From: an uncultured Candidatus Peribacteria bacterium | GTDB taxonomy: Bacteria; Patescibacteriota; Gracilibacteria; UBA1369; GWF2-33-10 | Direction: 5' to 3' | Assembly: GCA_964511025.1 (NCBI GenBank) | Contig: CAZEDK010000002.1 | Location: 1-59,147 of the forward strand | DNA: 59,147 bases | Part shown: positions 9,705-19,507 of the stretch, one piece after another | How positions within the stretch are numbered: position 1 is the stretch's first letter | How the letters are laid out: every line of letters starts with the position of its first letter | Made by a program: the position numbers and the translations under genes | The notes under the pieces: model-generated | Databases searched by the model: none | Told to the model about the DNA's origin: nothing | Seen by the model: only the letters and a program-made list of their open reading frames with translations

Positions 9705-10823
9705 TTAGATAAAATTAACATGTTCAGGTGGATGCTTTAATTGCCACAGATATTGATTTATTTCGTCCATCCTGCAATTTACCCGACATTGGTTTGTATC
9801 AAGTCTATCTTTCGCCCAACTAATAGACCTTAGCCTTTTTTCTCCTTCCCAAATCTCCTTAAATGTATTTTTATAAATATTACCGTAGATAAAACGCTCA
9901 TCACCGAGATAAGCGCTGCATCCCCAAACCGTACCACCAGCATCTATATAAGACCAGAAAGGAAGGGCAAGGCATTGCTTATAACTCCGTTGGCCCTCAT
10001 CCCATTTTTTCATTGTGCTAACGCGGAATATTACGCTAAAGCTATTATTATTAAAAGTGCTTAACTTATCGGCTAAATGAAGATAATTACTGTATTTTAT
10101 ATCCTTATACCTGGTCGTTCTGCTTAACGGATGTTGTGAATACGGCTTTACAACCAAATAGTCCATACCTATATCTTTAGCCTGTCGAGCTAAAAGCTCT
10201 GTCTCATGCCAGTTTTCGGGAAGAAGTATAAGTTGCATACCTAAGGTACATTTATATCCTCTATCTCGCCTTTCTTTCGCTGCATAAGACATATTTTCTA
10301 TTACCCTATCCAAGTTATCAGGATTTGTTTTGTGAATCTTAGCATAGGTCTCTTTCGTTGCCCCATTTATGCTTACTTTTATCCAAGTAATATTTTCTAA
10401 AGTGCTCTCAATAAGGTCTTTTTTTAAAAGTACTCCGTTCGTTGTTATGGCAACATCAATACCTACTTTTTTTGTGCGGTTGATTATTTCACCAATATCT
10501 TTATGTAGCAATGGCTCACCTTCACCAGCGTACATAATACTTTTTAAACCGAGTGATGCCATTTCGGATAATCTATCGTTAAGTACCTTTTTATCTAAAA
10601 ATCGTGGTTGATATTCCATAAAATCCAACGCACAATATGTACACCGATGATTACACATGCCAGAGGGCGATATTTCCATATAAATTGGGTAGATATTCTC
10701 TCCTTCTAACCAATTATATACTCTAGAGACATGATATATCAATTTATGACTATCTATTTGGTATTTATCCATAAAAACATGCTGGAAATATCCTTTAAAA
10801 TTTAACATGGTTTCTTCCAGCAT
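9705..10823 (-). CDS. Radical SAM enzyme (twitch/SPASM-like), paralogue of 7178..8281
   Basis: 372 aa. Motifs: SGMCNHRCTYCALD (CX3CX2C), AGEGEPLLH, C-terminal CLALP...WGCS...CRVNCR, and an HVNFI end. Confidence 0.8.
   Translation of the reverse strand: MLEETMLNFKGYFQHVFMDKYQIDSHKLIYHVSRVYNWLEGENIYPIYMEISPSGMCNHRCTYCALDFMEYQPRFLDKKVLNDRLSEMASLGLKSIMYAGEGEPLLHKDIGEIINRTKKVGIDVAITTNGVLLKKDLIESTLENITWIKVSINGATKETYAKIHKTNPDNLDRVIENMSYAAKERRDRGYKCTLGMQLILLPENWHETELLARQAKDIGMDYLVVKPYSQHPLSRTTRYKDIKYSNYLHLADKLSTFNNNSFSVIFRVSTMKKWDEGQRSYKQCLALPFWSYIDAGGTVWGCSAYLGDERFIYGNIYKNTFKEIWEGEKRLRSISWAKDRLDTNQCRVNCRMDEINQYLWQLKHPPEHVNFI
10688..10793. repeat. Copy A of a duplicated segment of about 105 bp (5' coding end of the radical SAM gene 9705..10823). 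Copy B is at about 13217..13322.
   Basis: A 29-nt perfect match ggtatttatccataaaaacatgctggaaa lies at 10760-10788 and 13289-13317. A 16-nt perfect match gagacatgatatatca lies at 10726-10741 and 13256-13271. The flanks are similar. Confidence 0.8.
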
Positions 10824-11621
10824 TGAACATGCATAGTCGTAAATTCTTACTGGTAAAACCTAGCATTCTGGGAATATTTACTATGCTCTTTTCAAAAAAA
10901 AGAAAGAATGTGGTAAAAATAACTCTTTTAACACGAATAGTTGATACATAAAACATATTGATTTATACTTCAAAAAGGAATTAAAAGACTCAAGAATAGG
11001 CTTCCGACTATTCAACGGATTTATTCAGACCTAGAGCTCAAAAGGTAGCAGAAAAGATTGACCGATACTATCAACTAGAATGCCTTCTCTCAACAAAAAA
11101 CATTATGAGAAACTTAACAAATGGATTTAAACATGTTTTTAAGATGAAATAAAAGTCCAATTAACTCCAACATTATCTGACAATTGGCACTTAGAGGAAA
11201 ACAAGCTTGGGTTCGATCCGTAGCAGTGACAAGACAGAATGTAAATCTCTTTGAATTATTGAATCTTTTAATAAAAAAAGTCCATTACTGGAAAGCTCTT
11301 CAATAAATATCCTTCAGTTTCAGTATTCCTAATTTACCTTCTAGTACATTATTAAAGTGATCTTTAGAAATAATCTGCAACAGAATTATAATGCATAGAA
11401 ACTATTCCTACAGAAAAAAACCAAAATAAGATTCCTGCTTCTGACTTTATATATTTTCCAATATAAATCCAATCGAAAAACTCTTGTAATCCCAGTTTTG
11501 AACAGATCCAAGTCTCAATAGTATGAAATCATTCCCATTTGAGAAAAACATTCTTATGTTTAAAGAGAGACACAATGAAAGAGCTGTATTATATATACAT
11601 ATTAATTTTGTTTGCTTTTAT

Positions 11622-13100
11622 TTAGCTAGGAACATTCCGTAAAAAATAAGTTTGAACTGTCACCTTAAGCCTTTTTAAAAAAGAAATAGATGCTACTGAT
11701 TTTAATAAATATGAAAAATAATAATACGACTTCATTTTTGATATAAGTAGTTTAATCAGCAAAACATATAAAGGTTTATGTCCTTTATATATATAATAAT
11801 CAAACATTGTAAAACACCTTTGTATTTCTTTTTCGCTAAATCCAGGTAGATTTAAAACAGCTTTTGTCCTTTCTACTTCATCGAAAAAAGATTCACCAAT
11901 CAGACCTTGTGCTTTACAAAAAGAATAAAGCTCAGTTCCTGGATATGGATAGAAAATAGAAGTCATATGACGGTTCGGCTGGCATTTCCTGTTCATTTCA
12001 ACAGTTTCCATAAAATCATTAAAGGTTTCTCCGGGAATTCCGATAAGATTAAAGAAGCTTACTTCTATTCCATACTTCTTTGCCTGTTGAACCGTTCTTA
12101 TTACATCCTCATTTGAATAATTCCTCTTCAACACTTCTCTTCGTATCCTTTCACTACCAGATTCTAATCCTATGTTAATAAAACGAAAATTACTCCTCTT
12201 AAAGACTGCAAAAAGTTCTGAATAATCTGCATTTTGTGTAATTCTTAAATTTACCCCAAAAGATAACGGCTTTTTTAGATGAGAATTTAATTTTTCTAAG
12301 TTATAACACAATTCAAAAGCCCATTTTCTATTAACACCTATAGTTTCAACTTCAAAATATATTTCTCTCACTTTAGGAAAAGTGCTTATGACTTCATTTA
12401 TTTCTTGCATCACATTATCAACAGATCTCATCCTAACGTATTTATCAGATGCTATTTTTCTTAATGCATGATTAGAACAGTACGTACATAGATGAGGACA
12501 TCCACGTCCCAAAAGAATAGGATATTGAAAATCTTTATTATCGGGGTCTATCCATTCAATCCACATTTTTCTATCTGGGAAAGGCAAGCTATCGATATCC
12601 TGCAAAAATGGTCTTGTAGGATTTTTTACAACATCAGAATTGTGCTTAATCCACATATTAAAGATGGAAAAACGCGTTTCCCCTTGTCCTATGTTTGCAA
12701 CAAGTTCAGAAACAGGGAACTCACCTTCCCCAACGCATAAGGCATCAAAACTATGTTTAATAACTTCTTCAGGATTTAAAGAAACATGTGGCCCTCCTGC
12801 TACTAGATAAATGTTTGGATACTTCCTCTTTATGTAATCTGCAATAGATATAATAAATTTGAACTCCGTAGCTACAATGGTAAAACACATTATGTCTGGG
12901 TAAAACTTTCTTAAATATTCATTTATTCTGGTTTCATTTTGCTTCCCTAATAACTTACTAAGAACAATTAACTTTGTATTATGTCCATGTTTTTTAAGAA
13001 ACGATGATATATAAGATATTCCAAATTGCATTTCCATAGGAGTCTGCAAGGGATACTTAGGTGACCATATATCCTTTGAATATACAAAGAGAATATTCAC
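11622..13100 (-). CDS. Class B (B12-binding domain) radical SAM enzyme
   Basis: 492 aa with an apparent GTG start. The N-terminal region is ILFVYS...GISYISSFLKKHGH...IMCFT...LVAGGPHVS, followed by LGRGCPHLCTYCSN (CX3CX2C). Confidence 0.8.
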   Translation of the reverse strand: MNILFVYSKDIWSPKYPLQTPMEMQFGISYISSFLKKHGHNTKLIVLSKLLGKQNETRINEYLRKFYPDIMCFTIVATEFKFIISIADYIKRKYPNIYLVAGGPHVSLNPEEVIKHSFDALCVGEGEFPVSELVANIGQGETRFSIFNMWIKHNSDVVKNPTRPFLQDIDSLPFPDRKMWIEWIDPDNKDFQYPILLGRGCPHLCTYCSNHALRKIASDKYVRMRSVDNVMQEINEVISTFPKVREIYFEVETIGVNRKWAFELCYNLEKLNSHLKKPLSFGVNLRITQNADYSELFAVFKRSNFRFINIGLESGSERIRREVLKRNYSNEDVIRTVQQAKKYGIEVSFFNLIGIPGETFNDFMETVEMNRKCQPNRHMTSIFYPYPGTELYSFCKAQGLIGESFFDEVERTKAVLNLPGFSEKEIQRCFTMFDYYIYKGHKPLYVLLIKLLISKMKSYYYFSYLLKSVASISFLKRLKVTVQTYFLRNVPS

Positions 13101-13351
13101 TGCTTTATTACCTTCTCGGTAAGTTGTATTTCAAACAGCAACAATTTAAAAATCCCAAGAAAGTTTCTTATATTCTTCATATTATTTTTAATAGATCTTC
13201 TATTCAAAAGATAGACCGGATAAACATTTTCTCCTTTCAACCAATATGCATTTTGGAGACATGATATATCATTTTTTGTTACCCATTCGGTATTTATCCA
13301 TAAAAACATGCTGGAAACATCTCCTGCAAAACATATGTGTTTATAAATCAA
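13097..13351 (-). pseudogene. Decayed 5' fragment of a third copy of the 9705-type radical SAM gene
   Basis: The 84-aa ORF keeps ...YWLKGENVYPVYL (compare NWLEGENIYPIYM in the 372-aa protein). Relative to copy A it has two 1-nt indels, lacks the CX3CX2C motif, and ends in unrelated sequence. The nucleotide identity blocks are listed under the repeat feature. Confidence 0.7.
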
Positions 13352-13419
13352 TGCTCAATATATCAATTTCTATTTATCTCGATAATATGAATTGAATCGA
13401 AGTCAAATAAGCATCCATT

Positions 13420-14346
13420 TCACATTATACTTTCAATCACCTCAAAAACTCTTTCGGGCTCTATATAATTCATGCATGATTTGTCTTGTATACATCGAGG
13501 GCTCAAACAAGGTATACAATTATAACCAGCATTTGATTCTAATTTTATGCCGTTTGATATACAAATTTCTGAAGCAAGTGTAGGACCAAAAAATGCAATT
13601 ATCTTTTTGTGTAGCGCATTAGCTACATGCAAACCTAAACTGTCGTTGGTTATAACAACTTTGCAAGAATTTACCCACTCAAAATATTCTTCAAGGTTTT
13701 GCAAACCTTGCTGCCAAGAAATTGTATATTTATTGCCGATAAGCCTTTCAAGTTCCTTCCAATATTCCATAGACCAAGCTTTAGTGGGCCATTTCGTACC
13801 CACATCATAATTAAAGCCTATATCATAAATAATGTTAGATTGGGGTTTGTATCCCAAAATGCAACACTCACCTTGCCATTTAGCGCCACCAACCATTTCA
13901 TACAGAATTTCTTCCCAATATCTCCTTGTCTTTTTCTTATATTCGGTATCCATACAAATTTCCAATACATGTTGAGAGCCTTCATAAGCAAGTGCAACAC
14001 CATTTTCAGGATCAAATCTAAATCCATACCGACGCCAAGCATTAATAGTATCTGAAAAGGCACATAGTCCAGGTACCTTTTCAAGGTTGATGAGTGTATC
14101 AAATCGTTCTGATTGTAATTGCAATACTGAGCTAAGATCATAAAAAATTGTTCTGTGAATATATGGATTCTCTTTTAATAAGGGAAACGCCTTCTCGTCT
14201 ACCAACCAAGTAACATGAGCATTTTTATAAAGATGTAATAATACAGTACTTCTAAGTACATCCCCCAAGCTTGTTACCTTTCCTATTTCGCCATCTAATG
14301 TTTCAGAATATCCCAGTTTAATAATCAAAACTTTTTCTTTATGCAT
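13420..14346 (-). CDS. GT9-family glycosyltransferase (heptosyltransferase-like)
   Basis: 308 aa. The N-terminus is VLIIKLGYSETLDGEIGKVTSLGDVLRSTVLL. The C-terminal GT9 signature is VVITNDSLGLHVANALHKKIIAFFGPT. Confidence 0.75.
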   Translation of the reverse strand: MHKEKVLIIKLGYSETLDGEIGKVTSLGDVLRSTVLLHLYKNAHVTWLVDEKAFPLLKENPYIHRTIFYDLSSVLQLQSERFDTLINLEKVPGLCAFSDTINAWRRYGFRFDPENGVALAYEGSQHVLEICMDTEYKKKTRRYWEEILYEMVGGAKWQGECCILGYKPQSNIIYDIGFNYDVGTKWPTKAWSMEYWKELERLIGNKYTISWQQGLQNLEEYFEWVNSCKVVITNDSLGLHVANALHKKIIAFFGPTLASEICISNGIKLESNAGYNCIPCLSPRCIQDKSCMNYIEPERVFEVIESIM

Positions 14347-15478
14347 TTAATTCTTCCATAACACCCAATGTTTTTATAGCAGTCTCTTCCCAGCTAAAGG
14401 AACTTGCTCTTCTTTTCGAGTTTTGTTTTAATTTCTCTAATAAAATATTATTATGTAACACTGTTTCTATCTTTTTAGCAATCTCATTTGGATTATAAGG
14501 ATCAAAATATATTGCAGCATCTTGACAAATTTCTGGCATCGGCTCTATATTTGAAGATAAGATAGGCGCCCCACAAGACATAGCTTCAATCAAAATATTC
14601 GGACAATTCTCACATGTTGACGGATATACAAATAATTGACAAAGTACATAAAAATATGGTAATTCCTCGTAAGGAACATGACCTAAAAAGATAACACGGT
14701 CTTCTATTTTATTACTTAATACAACGGTTTTTAGCAATTTTGTATATTGTTCGTCAAAACTTTTTCCAATAAGAACAAGATTCAGATTATGATCAATTTT
14801 GCTTATAATCAGTGAAAAAGCATGAATCAGTTCAAGAAAGTTTTTGTACTTATAAATGTTTGAAACATATAGAATAAATTTGTTAAGGTTGTATTTCTGT
14901 TTAATTTCATTAAGTATGTCGGAATTTAAATCCGGTTTGAACAGTAAGTTTTTACCATGATAAATAAGTGAAGTTCTATGTGCCGGTAATTTATAATAAT
15001 GACTTAATTTCTTCTTTGCTTTATCTGAAATAAATATAATTTTTTTAGCTTTTCTAATAGATAAACTAGTTAATATTCTCAAAAAATTAAATTTCATCCA
15101 ATAATAAAGATTTTGTTTCTTTATCATATTACTATCAAAAGGTGCGACAGTTTGTATCATAATTATTGTTGGAAAAGGGCAAAAAATTAACCCAATATTA
15201 GCAGGACAATAAAGAATATTTGCCTTAATTTTTTTTAGTATATAACATAAGAAAAACTGCTCCCAAAAAAGGCGAAAAAATATCGAAATGCTAGGAATTT
15301 TGAAAGAGAGTATATTGAAGTTTTTATAATTTGTATCTAGTATTTTCTCACCTCTTTTCGTAGTGATAATAATATATTCATTTCTTTTATCTATTTCTGA
15401 CAAATACCTGAATAGCTGATTTAAATAAGTAACACCTCCTCCCGCAACAGCAGATAAAGCATTTATTGCAATACGCAT
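14339..15478 (-). CDS. GT4-family (GT-B, retaining) glycosyltransferase
   Basis: 379 aa. The C-terminal EX7E region is PSTCENCPNILIEAMSCGAPILSSNIEPMPEI. Confidence 0.8.
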   Translation of the reverse strand: MRIAINALSAVAGGGVTYLNQLFRYLSEIDKRNEYIIITTKRGEKILDTNYKNFNILSFKIPSISIFFRLFWEQFFLCYILKKIKANILYCPANIGLIFCPFPTIIMIQTVAPFDSNMIKKQNLYYWMKFNFLRILTSLSIRKAKKIIFISDKAKKKLSHYYKLPAHRTSLIYHGKNLLFKPDLNSDILNEIKQKYNLNKFILYVSNIYKYKNFLELIHAFSLIISKIDHNLNLVLIGKSFDEQYTKLLKTVVLSNKIEDRVIFLGHVPYEELPYFYVLCQLFVYPSTCENCPNILIEAMSCGAPILSSNIEPMPEICQDAAIYFDPYNPNEIAKKIETVLHNNILLEKLKQNSKRRASSFSWEETAIKTLGVMEELNA

Positions 15479-15532
15479 ATTCGATAGATTCTTTAGACCT
15501 TCATTTCTTAAATCTTTAGATTATATACCCTT

Positions 15533-16324
15533 TTATTGGTATGTACGTTTCCGCCATAGATAACCTCTAAACACCGATACGGCTTTTTCTCCAAAATTAT
15601 TTAAGATTATTCTTCTGGCAAAATGTCGTATAAAATTGTTTGTGTAACTAAGGGGTTCTTTCACTGCCGATGATAGTTTGTGCGCGCTACGAACTCTCCA
15701 ACCATCGAGTGTAAGTGTTGAACTACTGTTACCACCTACTCGCATACGAGTAAGAATATCTTCAAGTATAATACACGGTATATTAGCCTTTATGCACCTC
15801 AGCAAAAAATCATAATCAGCACCAATGTTATAGCGAGTATTAAAAAGACCTACACATTCATATACACTACGTCGTACAAAAGTAGCAGGATGTTGAATAG
15901 TCATTCCTTTATATAGATGAAGTATACTCGATTTTAAAATAATTTTATTCCCTTTGGATGAGTTTTCCCATGCCTCTATAGAACCGGAAACAATGCCTAC
16001 ATCAGGATTGCGTACAAATACAGAAACAACTCGCTCAAGGATATTTGGTAACCATGTGTCATCGCTATTAAGAATAGCAACGATTTCGCCAGTTGCACGA
16101 CTAATACCTTTATTCATAGCGTCGTATATCCCATTATCTGGCTCAGACCTCCACCCAGACATCGCCATCGGATATTTTGCAACTATATCTTTAGTGTCGT
16201 CTGTAGACTCCCCATCTTGTATAATAATCTGAAAATTGGTGTAATTTTGATTTATTATACTTTTTATCGTATCTTCGACTGTTTTTGCACTATTAAAAGT
16301 AGGTACGATTATACTAACTTTCAT
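15533..16324 (-). CDS. GT2-family glycosyltransferase
   Basis: 263 aa. Motifs: VSIIVPTFNSAKTVEDTIKSIINQNY, IIIQDGESTDDT, and ILNSDD (DxD). Confidence 0.8.
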   Translation of the reverse strand: MKVSIIVPTFNSAKTVEDTIKSIINQNYTNFQIIIQDGESTDDTKDIVAKYPMAMSGWRSEPDNGIYDAMNKGISRATGEIVAILNSDDTWLPNILERVVSVFVRNPDVGIVSGSIEAWENSSKGNKIILKSSILHLYKGMTIQHPATFVRRSVYECVGLFNTRYNIGADYDFLLRCIKANIPCIILEDILTRMRVGGNSSSTLTLDGWRVRSAHKLSSAVKEPLSYTNNFIRHFARRIILNNFGEKAVSVFRGYLWRKRTYQ

Positions 16325-16644
16325 AATCCCTTTTTTAAAAGATATTCCATCTAAAATCCTTCTGTGCTGCTAATGAATCATTCCAAAATCACTATATTTT
16401 CGGAAGTCTAAACATAATGATTTCATATATATTTAAACACTTTTCGCATAAGAGTTTCAATTTATTAGATTGATTTTACAATTTCTATAAAAATTCTTCG
16501 AAAGAAGATATTCGTTCTTCTAAACGATATAATGTTTTTGATCACAAGTTAATACCCAATGCGTAGTTCTAATGCTCTATACTGAGGAAATATAATGGTT
16601 TTTAACTATAGTGTCTACTAAAATTCATTCCATCTGGCAGTCAA

Positions 16645-17604
16645 TCATTGAATAATCTTACCAATCTTATAAACAGGCTTATCCTGTGACTCATGATAAA
16701 TTCTTACTAAAATCTCTGCTAATATTCCAAAAGAAATAAATAATAATGAAGAAATAATAAACAACATTGTTAACATAACTAAAGGTAAAAGATTTATACC
16801 TGGAATATTAATAATAAAACGCTCATATAATGTTTTCATACCGACAATCAAGGCAGCAATTAAATTAATTATACCAAAACCACCGAACAGATAGATAGGT
16901 TTCTGAGAAAAATCAGCTAAAAATTTAATAGTGATCAAATCAAGCAGAACTTTGACGATCCGAATTAATCCATATTTTGACTTGCCTTTTTTACGAGGAT
17001 GATGTGAAACTGGTATTTCGGTAATCTTTGCACCTTCCCAATAAGTATAAATTGGAATAAACCTATGCATTTCACCGTATAATTTTATATTTTTTACAAT
17101 TTCCTTTTTATAGGCCTTTAGTGAACATCCATAATCCCCTAATTTAACGCCACTTATTAAAGAAATCAATTTATTAGCAATAAAAGATGGAAATCTTCTT
17201 GTAAGAAACGAATCACATCTATTTATTCTACACCCACTCACTACGTCATAACCTTCGTTTAGCTTTTCCAATAATCTTGGTATATCTTCTGGGTCGTTTT
17301 GTAAATCTCCATCCATCGGGACAATCACCTCGCCATTTGCATAATCAAATCCAGCAGATACAGCTGCAGTTTGACCATAATTTTTTTTAAGTACAATAAT
17401 CTTAATATTAGGATAATTATTTTTATTGATTTGTAACATCTGAAGTGTATTATCCTTGCTACCATCATCTATAAAAATTACTTCATAATCAGCTTGTTTA
17501 AAATTAATAGACCGCATTGCACGATCTATTTTATTACAGATTTCTGTGATATTCCCTTCTTCATTATAAACAGGAATTATTATACTTAGTTTAAGTTCCG
17601 ACAT
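16645..17604 (-). CDS. GtrB/ArnC-like GT2, polyprenyl-phosphate glycosyltransferase with two C-terminal TM helices (copy 1)
   Basis: 319 aa. Motifs: LSIIIPVYNEEGNI, IFIDDGSKDNT, PMDGDLQNDPEDIP, followed by two hydrophobic helices at the C-terminus. Confidence 0.8.
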   Translation of the reverse strand: MSELKLSIIIPVYNEEGNITEICNKIDRAMRSINFKQADYEVIFIDDGSKDNTLQMLQINKNNYPNIKIIVLKKNYGQTAAVSAGFDYANGEVIVPMDGDLQNDPEDIPRLLEKLNEGYDVVSGCRINRCDSFLTRRFPSFIANKLISLISGVKLGDYGCSLKAYKKEIVKNIKLYGEMHRFIPIYTYWEGAKITEIPVSHHPRKKGKSKYGLIRIVKVLLDLITIKFLADFSQKPIYLFGGFGIINLIAALIVGMKTLYERFIINIPGINLLPLVMLTMLFIISSLLFISFGILAEILVRIYHESQDKPVYKIGKIIQ

Positions 17605-19507
17605 GGTTTTCCCACCATAAGCCTAAAATAAGAATATTCCATAGTTCTTTCCGTAAATCAGCTTTATTTTGCAAGTGAAGATCGTAAAGTTGTCTCAGGA
17701 ATTTCATATCAAATAACCCTGTTTTGCTTAATTTACCATTATACAAAATATCATACATCATGGTCTTTAGTATTCCTTTTAACCATTTCCCCGTAGGAAT
17801 GCCAAATCCTTTTTTTCCCCTCTTTAATATATTTAAAGGTAAAACCCCTTTTAATATTTTTTTGTATAGGTACTTTCTGGTTAACCGTCGCATCTTAAAC
17901 GAAACTGGTAATTGATTAACAAAATTAGCATAATCTTTATCAAGAAAAGGAGAACGAACCTCCAAGGAATTCATCATACTTGCTCTGTCAACCTTCGTCA
18001 GGATAGAATCATGCATGTAAAATGTAAGAAAGTTCAAAACCACGCTGTCAATATAATGTAATTCCTTGTGGTTACATTTTTGTTTTAATACATCTTCCAA
18101 AAGTTGCTGAAAAGTCAGACCTCCTGCCCATGGAAAAATACTTTTGATTTCAGTGACAGAAAACGTACTCATCCATAATTGATTTCTTAATCCATAATTA
18201 CCATAAGTTTCAGGATTAAAACCTTTTAAAAAATGTCTTAACTTAAATCCTAAGCTCATATTCAAATTCGAGTTTATTAAAAGAGACGAAGATGCTATAA
18301 AATAAATCAGTTTTTGAAGACATTGACTTCTTTCAATCAAAAGACTAAAGGGGATTGCCACAAAAGGATCGTATCCGGCAAATAGTTCATCATTTCCATC
18401 TCCACCTAAAGCTACAGTAATCGTTTGTCTAGCAAATTTGGACAACAAATATGTTGGAATAATAGAAGCATCAGCAAATGGTTCATCAAGATTCTCAATA
18501 ATTGTGGGAAGAAACTGAACCAACGAGTCTATATCCAGGATTTCTTCATAATGGTCTGTACCATACAAAGCAGCAAGCCGTCTCGCATATTGTGATTCAT
18601 CATAATCTGGCTCATTAAAGCCTATACAAAAAGTCCTTAATTGAGAAATACCACATTGAGCTAATAATGCCAACATACCCCCAGAATCCAAGCCTCCACT
18701 TAAAAATATGCCCAATGGTACATCACTAATAAGGCGCTTTCTAATTGCTCTGACAAGCAATATTTTTAATTGTTCCTGTGCTTCAGGTTCTGAAATAGAT
18801 AACTTCGGTGTAAATGTAATATTAAAAAACTTAACTGGAATAATGGAATTCTGAGTAATAGGTTTATTTACATCAATATAAAAATATGCGCCGGCTGGAA
18901 GTTTTAATACAGATTTATATATACTATGTGGGGTTGGAATATAATCAAAAGCTAGATATTTTTGAAGGGATAGTTGCTGTATTTCTGCACGAAAATTTGG
19001 ATACCTAATAATTGCCTTAATTTCGGAGCTAAATATTAGTTGTTTATTCTGCCATGCATAAAAAAGTGGTTTTTTACCAAAGGGGTCTCTTGCCAAAAGT
19101 AACTTTTTTCTTATGGCATCGTAAAGAGCAAACGCAAACATCCCATCTAACTTACTTAATAAATCTAGGCCGTATTCCTCATAGAGATGTACAATAACTT
19201 CCGTATCTGTGTTAGAAGAAAATACGTGACCCTTTTTGATCAAATCTTCCTTTAATTCTAAGAAATTATAAATTTCTCCATTTAAAATAATACTAATACT
19301 TCCGTCTTCAGAAAAAATAGGCTGATGTCCGGCAGGGCTAGTATCAATAATACTGAGACGTCTATGAGCCAATCCGACGTTGTGATTACAATAACTCCCG
19401 GCATCATCAGGCCCACGATGTCGAATGACATCAACCGCATCTTTTAAATCCTGTTCAACGATTTTTAAAGATGTATTCTGATTAATTACACCGAATATTC
19501 CGCACAC
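17591..19507 (-). CDS. asnB: AsnB-family glutamine-dependent amidotransferase (copy 1)
   Basis: 638 aa. MCGIFG gives the N-terminal Cys nucleophile, with HRGPDD also present. The PP-loop is LSGGLDSGG. In this context it is probably a glycan amidotransferase rather than a housekeeping Asn synthase. Confidence 0.85.
   Translation of the reverse strand: MCGIFGVINQNTSLKIVEQDLKDAVDVIRHRGPDDAGSYCNHNVGLAHRRLSIIDTSPAGHQPIFSEDGSISIILNGEIYNFLELKEDLIKKGHVFSSNTDTEVIVHLYEEYGLDLLSKLDGMFAFALYDAIRKKLLLARDPFGKKPLFYAWQNKQLIFSSEIKAIIRYPNFRAEIQQLSLQKYLAFDYIPTPHSIYKSVLKLPAGAYFYIDVNKPITQNSIIPVKFFNITFTPKLSISEPEAQEQLKILLVRAIRKRLISDVPLGIFLSGGLDSGGMLALLAQCGISQLRTFCIGFNEPDYDESQYARRLAALYGTDHYEEILDIDSLVQFLPTIIENLDEPFADASIIPTYLLSKFARQTITVALGGDGNDELFAGYDPFVAIPFSLLIERSQCLQKLIYFIASSSLLINSNLNMSLGFKLRHFLKGFNPETYGNYGLRNQLWMSTFSVTEIKSIFPWAGGLTFQQLLEDVLKQKCNHKELHYIDSVVLNFLTFYMHDSILTKVDRASMMNSLEVRSPFLDKDYANFVNQLPVSFKMRRLTRKYLYKKILKGVLPLNILKRGKKGFGIPTGKWLKGILKTMMYDILYNGKLSKTGLFDMKFLRQLYDLHLQNKADLRKELWNILILGLWWENHVGT

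Noticed and set aside
11205-11231. tRNA-like string gcttgggttcgatccgtagcagtgaca (T-loop consensus GGTTCGATCC)
   Set aside because: The putative T-stem pairs poorly, with only 4 of 5 positions pairing and two of those being G-U. No complementary 5' acceptor strand (gtcactg), D-arm or anticodon arm is found within about 70 nt upstream, and there is no CCA. It is not an intact tRNA. At most it is a remnant, mentioned under the gene-desert finding.
10824-11621. Cobalamin or SAM riboswitch in the long leader, suggested by the many B12/SAM enzymes
   Set aside because: I could not find a B12-box (GCCACTG-like core in the right strand and context) or SAM-I conserved helices by eye. Only a one-mismatch gtcactg is present on the minus strand. 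A covariance-model scan would be needed to settle it.
13699-14141. 118-aa plus-strand ORF and 107-aa minus-strand alternative-frame ORF inside the GT9 gene
   Set aside because: Both are fully contained in the GT9 heptosyltransferase-like CDS (13420..14346), which carries the family signature. They are frame artefacts.
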